DNA of 64,000 nt, from positions 1,984,001 to 2,048,000 of the forward strand of contig OZ374561.1 in assembly GCA_977862235.1 (NCBI GenBank), read 5' to 3'. Source of the stretch: Dudresnaya verticillata. Its lineage: Eukaryota. Below, piece by piece: positions 45,701 through 55,420 of the stretch. Position 1 is the first letter of the stretch; each line of letters starts with the position of its first letter. Both the position numbers and the translations under genes were made by a program. The notes below the pieces were generated by a model, which was not told where the DNA came from, ran no database searches, and saw only the letters and a list, made by a program, of their open reading frames with translations.

Positions 45701-46754
45701 GCCTAACGCACCACAGTCCGCCTTGCGTCTCCCAAGTGGCCACCCTGCCCAAGCTTTCCTGCCCTCGCACAGGCCGTCTTGCCGAGATTGTGCCGTCTGC
45801 CGCAGCCTTCTTCATCCTCCCCTGACCCCCTACCTTCCCTTTGACTCGTCCCGTCACGCCCTTTATTTCGTGCCGCCACGTGCAGTAGTCCAGCCTTGGA
45901 CGTCTCTGCTCCTGCCCACCTCGCCCGTCAGACCCCCTCGTCCCAACAGCCCCCCGCCCCTGTCCCTCTTCCCTCCCCAACCTCTACATAGCCGTCGCTT
46001 TCTCTTCATCTGCCTTGCCGCTGACTGCATCCCGGCTATACTTCCTTGCTCACACCTTCACCTCGTTACCGTGTTGGGCAACCCCCTTTCCCTCAGCTCA
46101 TTCGCCAGTCTGTCTTATATTATCGGAACACACCTACCCCGATAATCCGTCCCTGTCCTCGCCGTTCTTCATCCGATCCTACTCTTGGTAAATCTTCTGT
46201 CTTCATCGTCGCTGGCAACACCAACAGACACTCTTGGTGTACGGGCCCTACGTTTGTTGTCGCTTCATCGCCGTTGGTCATCGTCTGTAGCAAGTAGCAA
46301 ATCTCTGAAAGTTCATTGTCGTACTCGTGGAAGCTTCGCCGCCTCGGCGCACCCGCACAAGTCTTGTGGCGAACCGTGTGCCGCCGTCTCGCCTCTCACA
46401 ATCCTTGATCGCGAGCTCCTACCTTATCACACTATATATTTAGTTTCAGCTGCAACCGCAACCATGATGATGTAACAGCTTTCTTCTCCTGTATCTTCCA
46501 TATTGACGTGGGCTAATCCAGCCTGCGCCCTCGCGCCTTCGCCTATACATCGGGAGAACGCCTTGGGATCAGAACTATCTATCTATCCACCGCAACCGCC
46601 AACAACTCAACCATCCAAAATTGGCCGCCAATCCTCTACCGACAACGCCCGTCGCCCTGGGTCCCCTTCTTCGCATCTGCTGCCTTCTCGCAACGGGCGT
46701 CCCCGTTTGTCCTTTGCATCGCTTCTACCCCGCCTACAACAAGCACGAACATCA

Positions 46755-48953
46755 ATGTCTGCATCCATTCCGATTCCGGCACGACAAGGCTCGGAACATG
46801 CGTCTACTGCCATCCAGTCGGACGATGAGGAGCATATACCACCTCTAGGTAAGAGTTTGCCCTCACGTGCCCATCGCTCTTTTCACCACCCGTCTTCGAG
46901 ACAGCGACCGCCGCCAGTGCCACAGGATGATCTGGCCACTTCCTGGCCTCCGCGTCCATCTGTCGAACTAGTGTCTCGGTCCGCTAAAAAGTGGGTTTCT
47001 GGTCATCGCAAGGATCTACCAATTCACCGCCGTGAGTCAGGGGCAGATGACCGTGTGCTGCGCTTTGAGCCATGGGATTTCTCAGAGGTGGCCCTGGCTA
47101 CGGACGAGGTTCGCACCGCGTTTCTCCAGGGGAGTGCGCACGCTGAACGACCGCCCAGGGAGGGTGTATGTGGGACGTACTTCATTCGGAGCAGCAGTGG
47201 AGATGTGCTCTGTGTCTTTAAGCCGGTCGATGAGGAGGCTACAGATATTGAAATGTCACCAACGCCAGTCCCGCTGCCGTTTCCGCACAACTTGCCTTTT
47301 GCGGATGGTGTGGGTGCGAGCTCTGAATTTTCTCTAGGTCCCGCTCATGGACCAGCATCGCCGATGGCTTGTTCTCCATTATCCTACAGTATCGCCTTCC
47401 AACGGACTGGGAGTTTGAGTTCCGATTCGGAGAATGACTACAGGACCATTCGGACGTCAGGATTCCATGCAGGGGAGGGAGCATACAAAGAGGTCGCGGC
47501 GTATTTGCTAGACCATGATCGATTCGCTCGTGTTCCGCAGACAGCGTTGGCTACTTGTCAGTTTTCGTCGGACGTTCCAGAGAAGAACAAGAAAGCCAAG
47601 CATATTCGTGCCCATTCCATCAAGACGAACGCCGGTGAAGGTGTTGTCAAAGAGGGTGACAGCTTACAGTTGGGAATCGAGGAGTCTACCGTGGAGCCGA
47701 CCAATGGCTCTCACATGCGGACGAAGATGGGTGCTCTTCAGGTATATGTGGAGAATGCGGGTGATGCAGATGATTTCGGTCCAGGGGTGTTTGATCGAGA
47801 ACAGGTACAACGGATAGCAGTGTTGGATATGAGGACTCTCAACCATGACAGACACGGAGGAAATATTCTAGTGGCAAGGTCAAAATCTCCGAACCGTCGG
47901 TACAATTTGGTTCCGATTGACCACGGCTACATCTTGCCAGAGGTGGTGCAAAGTATCCCATGGCCGGTCTGGATGGACTGGCCGATGATTCGAGAGCCAA
48001 TCTCTGATCGTGTCAAGAAATATATTGATCATCTTGATGCTGACGCGGAGGCCCACATTCTAGACAAAGAACTGGAGGGCAAACTGAAGCCGGGATCACT
48101 GCAAGCTCTGAAGATTGCGACCATGTTTTTACAGAAGGGTGTTGCCGCCGGGTTGACTCTGTACGAAATTGGGCTATTGATGTATTCTCCACGTGAGAAC
48201 CCGAATGAGGTATCCGAGTTAGTGAAGATTATTTGCGAGGCAAGTGATGCTGGAAATGCGAGGGAACGGAACTTTGCCTTGGAGGAACTGGGTTTCAACC
48301 CGCCATTATCGTCTGAAGATCACCACCATCGCAGGCACCAGAGCATGTCTGCTCTACATGTTCCTGAGGCCTTCAACGATGATTACATTGTTAGATACGC
48401 CGGGAAGAGGATTCAAGAATCGATTACGCTTGCCGTCGCGAAGAAGGAAATGCAGAAAGAGTCGCGATCCGCTGCTGGGAGGCCACCTCGCCTGCCGCGT
48501 GCGCGGTCTATCCCGGACTTCGGAATTGGCATCAAGCCTCTGCATGCCTTGCTTTCCAGCTCGGCGGATGAGGTCCCCACGCCAACTCCGGTATCTTCAC
48601 CTGTTTGCGCTGATGCGAGGGCTGTTTCTGCTACGGCTGCTCTCGAGGCTCAGATGTTTGCTCGGTCTCAGACCGCTCCTCGTCAAGCTCCCATCCAGAT
48701 TCCTATCAACGATGGGAGCATCAGACGAATTGCAATCCCGGAACCGCTTACGTCTCAGGGGCTTGGTGGTGTGCGCTTTCGAGAGCGTTCAGCATCAGGT
48801 CCGGTGCCAATGGGCAGCGATCGTGCAAGCAGCTCTACAGTCGCTGACAATCTAAGCAGCGGAACGTTGCCACCGCTGTTCAAGGTCTCCGCCCGCAAGT
48901 CATCTCCTGTTGCTCCCCAGGAGTTAGTGGCTTGGGAGACTGGCTCTTCTTAG
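46755..48953 (+). CDS. Type II PI4-kinase-like kinase (plant PI4K-gamma-like)
   Basis: GTYFI, VFKPVDEE, EVAAYLLDH, VPQT, GALQVYV, LDMRTLNHDRHGGNILV, LVPIDHGYILP; first ATG at 46755. Confidence 0.9.
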   Translation: MSASIPIPARQGSEHASTAIQSDDEEHIPPLGKSLPSRAHRSFHHPSSRQRPPPVPQDDLATSWPPRPSVELVSRSAKKWVSGHRKDLPIHRRESGADDRVLRFEPWDFSEVALATDEVRTAFLQGSAHAERPPREGVCGTYFIRSSSGDVLCVFKPVDEEATDIEMSPTPVPLPFPHNLPFADGVGASSEFSLGPAHGPASPMACSPLSYSIAFQRTGSLSSDSENDYRTIRTSGFHAGEGAYKEVAAYLLDHDRFARVPQTALATCQFSSDVPEKNKKAKHIRAHSIKTNAGEGVVKEGDSLQLGIEESTVEPTNGSHMRTKMGALQVYVENAGDADDFGPGVFDREQVQRIAVLDMRTLNHDRHGGNILVARSKSPNRRYNLVPIDHGYILPEVVQSIPWPVWMDWPMIREPISDRVKKYIDHLDADAEAHILDKELEGKLKPGSLQALKIATMFLQKGVAAGLTLYEIGLLMYSPRENPNEVSELVKIICEASDAGNARERNFALEELGFNPPLSSEDHHHRRHQSMSALHVPEAFNDDYIVRYAGKRIQESITLAVAKKEMQKESRSAAGRPPRLPRARSIPDFGIGIKPLHALLSSSADEVPTPTPVSSPVCADARAVSATAALEAQMFARSQTAPRQAPIQIPINDGSIRRIAIPEPLTSQGLGGVRFRERSASGPVPMGSDRASSSTVADNLSSGTLPPLFKVSARKSSPVAPQELVAWETGSS

Positions 48954-49514
48954 CTTTCAAGGACGTGCAACCCCAAGTAGAGATGGGGTAGCGCGTTGTA
49001 ATGGGCCGGTGGTGCAAAAGAAAAAAGAGCTGCACTGTGTGTCTTATTAGCACAAACTGCTTGCCACTGCTTGCCACTATTGTAAATGGCATTATATAAA
49101 CTGGGTTCGCTAACATTATCGAAAATTTCTCTTGCCATGACTTGTGATTGACCCTGCGATGCAATGGTCTCAACAGAGTGGGGATTCTGTACGATCGGCG
49201 TTTGTGCTAGGCTTCTGCGCAAGGCAACATCGTCTGCCGCGTCGAGGGTAGTTTGGGACAAGGAGATATGATATGCAATTGCAATTGTTACTTTACAAGT
49301 AAGAGTGATGAAGGCTCTCCTTGAGAGAGCCTAAAGTTTGCTATTATTCTCATCCATAGGGCAAGAGCGCCGTCCATGGCGACATATTCAAAAACGACAG
49401 GTGCCTAGCCGCTCCCAACTGCAGGCGACTACCCCTCCGCACCGTTCGAAGTTTAGAGGTGGTGGCCATTCAAATCCGCGGGGGTTTCATCTTTCGCGCT
49501 TCAACCACTTCTTA

Positions 49515-50828
49515 TTATACCTTCTCGTTGGTTGCTTCGGCCTTGGCGAGTTCCGCAGCTTGCCGCTTCTCAATCCACTTGACCACAGTCTCGTACGTAA
49601 AAAACATTAGTGCAGCGTTCGGCACAACCCTTGCCAAGTGAGTTCCCATACCAGCATAGAGACCCTTACGTCCCTCCTCCTTCGCGATAACCCTGAGAGA
49701 TTGGATCATTCCGCGGTACTTCGGCAGCGCACCGATAAACTTGGGCTGCTCCCTCATGCGCAACCGCACAACCTCATGAGGGTAGGTTGCTGCCGAGGCG
49801 ATGAGCTTAGAAACGGCAGCAGCAGTGAGATACTGCACAGAATTGAGACGCTCCGGGTCGGGGGCAGGTCGGTTAGTACGAAGGAAGTCACCGCGTGCAA
49901 TCTTGCGTCGGTTTTCGGCGATCATGCGGGCCTTGAGACGTTCGTAGACGACAAAGTGAAGGGCACCCTCTGTGACACCCCAGTACGACGCGGTGAGTCC
50001 CTTGAAGAAGCCGCCAATGCCCTCCTCCCGGAAGATCCTGGCCATCGCGTCGCGGTAGCCGCGGTAAACCATAGGGTTTCCAGCGGTGGCTCCGGCCTGG
50101 AGCTGGACGCGCGACTTCATGAGCCAGATCGGGTTGGTGAGGGTGTTGGAGGTGACACCAGCGGCAGCGGCGGAGAGCATATGCACGACGGGGCTCTCAC
50201 CAAAGCGCTTGACGAGATTTGTTTTGGTGGTCTCGTAGGCCCAAAAGTAGGTCGCGCGGGCTGGGAGGATGCCAATAAGGGTGGGCATGAGGCCACGGAA
50301 GAAGCCGCGGAATCCCTCCACGCGAGCGATGTTGCGGGCGATGGAGAACGGGCCCTTCGCAGTGAGGGCAACCTCGGAGCCGCCCTTGGAGGCCTGCAGA
50401 TGGGTCTTGACGACCTCCATGGGGCAGGTGACGGTTGCCGAGAAGGAGCCGGCGATGCCACCGGCCAGCAGGGAGGCGAGCTGCTTCTGGTTGTTCATGG
50501 CCTGCTCGCGCTTGGAGGCGGCCAGGGTGGCAGTCTTCGCGACCTGGAACGAGGCTGGGTTCTGCTTGGGGCCGGCACGGCCGAGGTTGCGGCCGGGCAG
50601 CGAGAAGGCCAGGTGGTGGGCGGCGGGGCGGCGCATGGCGGACATCGGGGCGGGGTGGTCGTTGGCGGCTTGGAGGAAGCGCATGGCGGGCGAGTGAGGG
50701 TTGGGGACGGGCGAGGAGGAGTAGGGGGCGGGCGGGTCGGGTGCGGCGGCGGCGGCGGTGGTGGTGGTGGTGGTGGTGGTGGTGGTGGCGACGGACGGGC
50801 GCAGAAGGGAGAACGGGTCGAGGCGCAT
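49515..50828 (-). CDS. Mitochondrial carrier, Rim2/SLC25A33/36 pyrimidine-nucleotide type; true start may be further downstream
   Basis: Three carrier signatures CPMEVVKTHLQ, NPIWLMKSRVQ and YPHEVVRLRMRE; PARATYF and GLTASYWGVTEG are typical of Rim2/SLC25A36. Confidence 0.9.
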   Translation of the reverse strand: MRLDPFSLLRPSVATTTTTTTTTTAAAAAPDPPAPYSSSPVPNPHSPAMRFLQAANDHPAPMSAMRRPAAHHLAFSLPGRNLGRAGPKQNPASFQVAKTATLAASKREQAMNNQKQLASLLAGGIAGSFSATVTCPMEVVKTHLQASKGGSEVALTAKGPFSIARNIARVEGFRGFFRGLMPTLIGILPARATYFWAYETTKTNLVKRFGESPVVHMLSAAAAGVTSNTLTNPIWLMKSRVQLQAGATAGNPMVYRGYRDAMARIFREEGIGGFFKGLTASYWGVTEGALHFVVYERLKARMIAENRRKIARGDFLRTNRPAPDPERLNSVQYLTAAAVSKLIASAATYPHEVVRLRMREQPKFIGALPKYRGMIQSLRVIAKEEGRKGLYAGMGTHLARVVPNAALMFFTYETVVKWIEKRQAAELAKAEATNEKV

Positions 50829-51454
50829 GAGGTATAAGGAGGGGCTGGGGCGGGGCGGCGGCTGGCGCGAGTTGTGGGCTGCGTGGGCGGGGCGGGGCGG
50901 CGGCGGTGGCGGCGCGGGCGGCGCCGGCGTTGGCAGCAGCGGATTGCGCAGCGAGATCTGTGCGCTGATGCGGTGCTGCAGTCAATTCTGCGAATGCATC
51001 GGCGTCGGCGAGAGATTCGACAACGACGAAGGCATTTGGCGCGCCGCGCGGGGTGGGGCGGGTGCTGGGCCAATCGCGCAACGGTTCCGGTCGTTTCGGA
51101 TTGGGCGCGGGGCGCGCGTTGTGAGATTGGGGCGCGTTGTAAATATTTTCTTCAAAAAAAGATTGTGGCGGCGCGGCGCAGACGGATCTGGATTGACGGC
51201 CGAGTCGATTTGCGGTGTAATGATTGCCCTCCGCACCGCCCTTACAGAGCTGCTTGCGTTGTCTGCCAATCGTTTTGCAGCACGCATCCATAACCACAGC
51301 CGTTCGTCGCGGGTGAGCCACAGCCGCACCATTCCTCCTCCGTTGTGGCGCGTGCTCCGCTCCGACCGCTCCGCTCCGACCGCTCCGCTCCAAGAGCCCA
51401 CGAGGCCTCAAACTTGCAGTCATCATCCTCATCATCATCATCGTCTTCTCCTCC

Positions 51455-51520
51455 CCCCTCCCTGTCCCCTCCCTGTCCCCTCCCTGTCCCCCTCCCTGTC
51501 CCCCTCCCTGTCCCCTCCCC
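51455..51520. repeat. 11-12-bp minisatellite CCC(C)TCCCTGTC, about 5 copies, between divergent genes
   Basis: Direct reading of the sequence. Confidence 0.85.
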
Positions 51521-51631
51521 TGCCCCTCATACCGCACCCAAAAACCTGACGTCACACACCTGCCCTTCAATCCACCGCGCTTCAAGTCAGCCATTGTACT
51601 CCCGGTGGAGCCACATATCCCTCCGCTCCCC

Positions 51632-52306
51632 ATGTTTCCTTCCCTCGCTTTCCTGCCGTCCTTCGCAGTCGCCACGACCGCCTTCCAGCATCCGCGCTGT
51701 CGCCAGCTTGTCTCCATCCGACCACGTCACGCACAATGCGCAAGCGCCCGTCGCGCGGCAATCACCCCGACCGCAACGCTCACTGAGGACTTCCTAACCG
51801 GCCCAGCCAAGCCGCCATTCCCGCGCCCGCTCAGCAAGGTCATCCTGTTCAGCTCGGCCACCGGCTTGCTGTGGTACGGCTACTACAAATTCTGTGTGGA
51901 GGAGGAGCTGCGCGCGTACCTGGGCTCGGGCCCTGGCGGCTACCTGGCGCTGGGGCCGTTCACGGCCGGCGTGCTCTCGCCGCTCGTGTTGCCCACGGGC
52001 GGCCCGGCCGAGACCTGCGTCGCGCTGGGCGTCATGTGGATCATGGCCGTCCAGTTTTCGCTGTACGGGCGCATCAATAAGGTGTGCGAGGAGAACGCGC
52101 TCGGCTCGCCGCTCACGCCATACTGGTTTCTTATCCCCGGCTTCAACCTCGTCGTCGGCCTCCGTAGCATCCACTTTTTGAGCCTCGCGTTTGGCGCACC
52201 GCAGGGTGAAGACCCTGTCGTGGAACGCTTTCCGTTTCTTGCGACGCCCACGCTCGGCATTTGGGAGATGATTAGTAACCCCAAACTGTGGATCAAGCTG
52301 TGGTGA
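51632..52306 (+). CDS. Uncharacterised multi-pass membrane protein, probably plastid-targeted
   Basis: MFPSLAF transit-like N-terminus; hydrophobic segments; YGYYKFCVEEEL...GPGGY..LGPF and WFLIPGFNLVVGLRSIHFL; high GC3. Confidence 0.75.
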   Translation: MFPSLAFLPSFAVATTAFQHPRCRQLVSIRPRHAQCASARRAAITPTATLTEDFLTGPAKPPFPRPLSKVILFSSATGLLWYGYYKFCVEEELRAYLGSGPGGYLALGPFTAGVLSPLVLPTGGPAETCVALGVMWIMAVQFSLYGRINKVCEENALGSPLTPYWFLIPGFNLVVGLRSIHFLSLAFGAPQGEDPVVERFPFLATPTLGIWEMISNPKLWIKLW

Positions 52307-52615
52307 CCTGGTCGCCGAGCCACCACCTCATATTTTGAAATGTTTCGGCACAGTTTTTTTAGGTCTGCCTCTTGGTCCCGCGTTGAGATCAGCGATACAG
52401 TAGCATATCGCAGTAGCCGTTGCCTAAATCCTTTCAAACGGAGCGCTGGCACGGACGATACACAGCTCAGCAATCCTCTCCACCGCGCCATCGCGGGTGG
52501 CATTGTCGTTCTCGCCCCGTAGAGAAGCGCATCACGCGCAAACCGAAGGGCGTGTCCCATCCCCACCCCCAAAACCCACCACATTCCACTGAGAGCCTCC
52601 AACATAGTTGACACA

Positions 52616-53547
52616 ATGCGCCTCGAGGCCACCGCGTTCGTTCCGAGCGGCGCGCCACTGCAGCTGCGGCGCCAACGCCATTGCTACGCGGTGCCGAGTC
52701 AACTCACCACAGCCCCAAGACCTCACCGACAGCCATGGCGGATGCGCGGCCCGTCCACGCCAGCGCCAGACTATAGCGCCATCGACAGAAACCCGGCTAA
52801 CATATTGTTTACCAATGCGTTCCTTCGGAAGCTGGAAAACGAGCTGGGGAGGCCCGCTACAACCCCGGGCTATGCCGGCGCCATGGAGGTCGTAAAGGCG
52901 CTCGCAGCTCGCCACCGTGGCGACCCAGCCGCGCTACAGGCTTCGTCTGAGCGCGTGCTGGAGTCCTTGTTCCCGCCGTGGATGCCCCCAGCGTTCGACT
53001 TTGTCTTCTCGCAAAACGTACCGAGATTCGCTGCGTGGATGAATGCGGCTGTCACTGTCGTCGTTACGCAGTGGCTCATGGGGCCTTCCAAAATGGCTGA
53101 CGATGGAACCACCGTCGAAATCGAGAGATGCCGCTATCTTGAGGGTAAGACCAGCCGGCTTCATACAGGCGAATACGGCGGACCGATGCATTGATTACCC
53201 GTTTTAACACTAAGAGCCGTTGCCCGTTTACCGCCACGTTTCGCTGACTTGTTACGTTCTCGCATATACTCATGTTGTCTTGGAGTCGTCTAGAGGCAGG
53301 GTGCGTCGGCATCTGTACCCATTCTTGCAAGGCAGCTACAGAAAGCTTCTTTGAGAAAAACATGGGTATCGGCTTGGCAATCGAACCCAACCTAGACGAC
53401 TACAGCTGCAAGTTTCGCTTCGGCACTACGCCCCTTCCCGAGAGCGAAGATCCGATGTACCAGGAATCCTGCTTTGCAACATGTCCGATGAGCACAGTGA
53501 GAGACGGTTCTGTGTGCAACTCTGTTCGCCCCATCCGCGACGACTGA
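52616..53547 (+). CDS. Beta-carotene isomerase D27-like (DUF4033), two exons (52616-53144 and 53294-53547)
   Basis: QWLMGP, IERCRYLE-EAGCVGICTHSCK..TESFF...EPNLDDYSCKFRFG..P...DP...CFATCP. Confidence 0.92.
53145..53293 (+). other. Spliceosomal intron (149 nt) in the D27-like gene
   Basis: G|GTAAGA ... GCTGAC branch-like motif ... TCTAG|AG; phase 1; restores YLEEAGC. Confidence 0.85.
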
Positions 53548-53824
53548 AAACCATTAGCCTTGCTCTGTATGTTGCCTGGACTTAGGGTCCAGATATGCAC
53601 AGGGATACAAGAACGCCTTCTGAGTATATGGGTTTTTCGCGAACATCAAAAAACAAAACGTGCGTTGCTTCACCTGGGACGCTGACTGCTTGAGACTTCC
53701 ACCGCTTTGCAAGAGCAAGACAAGTCAGGAGAACAACAGCCATGGAGTAACCACGCCACTCATTCGAAGTTCTTACCTCGAAGATCATTGTCACATGCCG
53801 CATTTTCACGACACTGCAAATCCA

Positions 53825-54838
53825 TCAAGATATCTGCATGCTGTCGGAGGACGCGCGCTTCTGGTCAAAGTGCCCATCAAAACTTCTCGACGACCGGTTC
53901 TGCTCCACGACTTGCTTTGCACCGTCTTTTGGTTTGTCAGCAGTATCCTTTTCTGGTTCTTTCTCCTTTGCTGAACCGTTGGACTGGATTTCCTTACCCT
54001 TGTCATTGGGAACCTCCTTCGATTTGGTCGGAACAATAATTTCATCAACCCACCCTCTTTCAATGAATCGCGCATAGCTCCTAAGACGGGCAATCTTGCC
54101 GTCAATATGTGCTGAATGCATGTTGATTCTCGAAACATCTCGTTCTGCTCGCCGTAGCTCCATCATCGCCTTCCGTTGCCGTTCGCGCGCTTTCCAGTAC
54201 TCCTTGCGTATACCCCCAATGACCGAGATTTCGTTTGCAACTTTTGTACTGTCCAGGTCATCCATTATCTTTCGCAGTTCTGGCACTGCGTCCGATTTAC
54301 ACTCCACGGTGGCCTTGATGGCCTCTAACCGGTCTTTGCACCACGAGGCAACAGTGGTCGGCTGTGCCGCGGCAGGTGGTGGCTGAGGCCGGTAAGTGCC
54401 CTTTAGCCATGACGGAGTCTGCGCACCAGCAACAGGCGAGGAAATCGGAACAGCGCTCGCAGAAGGCTTGACACCAACTTGTTTTGCGGCGGCGCCAGCA
54501 GATGGGCTGATTCTCGGGCTGGCTTGTCGTGGCTGCGATGCAGCGGCAGCCGAGTGAGTGCTAGCGCCTGAAGTGTGGCCACGCGTAGAGCTACCTGAGC
54601 CGAGGTGACTTCGCTGGCCTGCCGCTGGGGTATGTGGGGCGGAAGGTGTTCGCGGGGTCCAGCCAAAGACCGTTTGCGGGGCGGCAGCGCTGCCACTGCC
54701 CCGGTAGTAACGCTGGTAGGAGTTTGTGCGCATCGGACGCGGCTGTTGTTGCGGCGGCGGGGACTTCTGCGGCGATTGCGGGGTTCTTTGTCGTGGTGCC
54801 GATGGTGGTGGTGGTGGCGGCGGCGGCGGAGCGCTCAT
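53825..54838 (-). CDS. Hypothetical protein with a Pro/Ser-rich N-terminus and a central coiled coil
   Basis: ATG of MSAPPPP at 54838; helical EYWKARERQRKAMMELRRAERDV...IDGKIARLRSY; no family recognised. Confidence 0.65.
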   Translation of the reverse strand: MSAPPPPPPPPPSAPRQRTPQSPQKSPPPQQQPRPMRTNSYQRYYRGSGSAAAPQTVFGWTPRTPSAPHTPAAGQRSHLGSGSSTRGHTSGASTHSAAAASQPRQASPRISPSAGAAAKQVGVKPSASAVPISSPVAGAQTPSWLKGTYRPQPPPAAAQPTTVASWCKDRLEAIKATVECKSDAVPELRKIMDDLDSTKVANEISVIGGIRKEYWKARERQRKAMMELRRAERDVSRINMHSAHIDGKIARLRSYARFIERGWVDEIIVPTKSKEVPNDKGKEIQSNGSAKEKEPEKDTADKPKDGAKQVVEQNRSSRSFDGHFDQKRASSDSMQIS

Positions 54839-55420
54839 CTTGCTGGCCTGTGCCTTCCCCGCGGTGCACGAAGTCGGGGCAGCCTCTGTCGGATCTGCTT
54901 CGGCCTTGTTCTGCAGAGTCGCTGGCTTTTTCTTGCTCCGCGCCTGACCGGGTTGAGAGTACTCTGGCGGGCCGGGAGCGGATGAGAAGATGGGCAGCGA
55001 GTTTTCAGAAAAAGGCCCGGCTGCCGCCGGTAAGATACTGCAGCAGTACCGCGAGACGTGTATAGTTGTCTGTCCAATTTGCCTTGAAATGAATATTTGC
55101 GGTTGGGCGCCAAAACAGATGGCGAGTCGTGGCATTGGGAGCAGCTGGCAGCCGGAGCGGCACCAGCGGAAGCGGCCCCTTGGGCGCGTTTTGCAAAAGA
55201 GAAGATGAGAAGATTGCTACTCTCGGTTTGCAGCCGACGTTGTCTGACAAAATGGTTTGTGTGCACGACGGCAACGCTCAAGTTATTGCGCTTTGCTGTC
55301 AACAGCGCTGGGCTCAATTACGTGATTCGACATGCGACAGGGCGGATATCACGCGGCGGCGAACTGTCTCCTCTCTCTCTCCCGTCTTCTTTATAAATCA
55401 AAACTTGGGGCGGCCTTCCT

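Noticed and set aside
43683..46145. ORFs of 307 aa (43683-44606) and 275 aa (45318-46145)
   Set aside because: Composition looks like translated non-coding DNA; no domain motifs
49638..50837. 399-aa ORF antisense to the mitochondrial carrier
   Set aside because: It mirrors a high-GC3 gene codon for codon and has no recognisable motifs; expected shadow ORF
50197..51717. 506-aa minus-strand ORF, and similar long Arg/Pro/Ala-rich ORFs at 6268-7443, 56536-57600 and 57017-58684
   Set aside because: Alternative frames of very GC-rich or microsatellite DNA where stop codons are rare; they overlap well-supported genes
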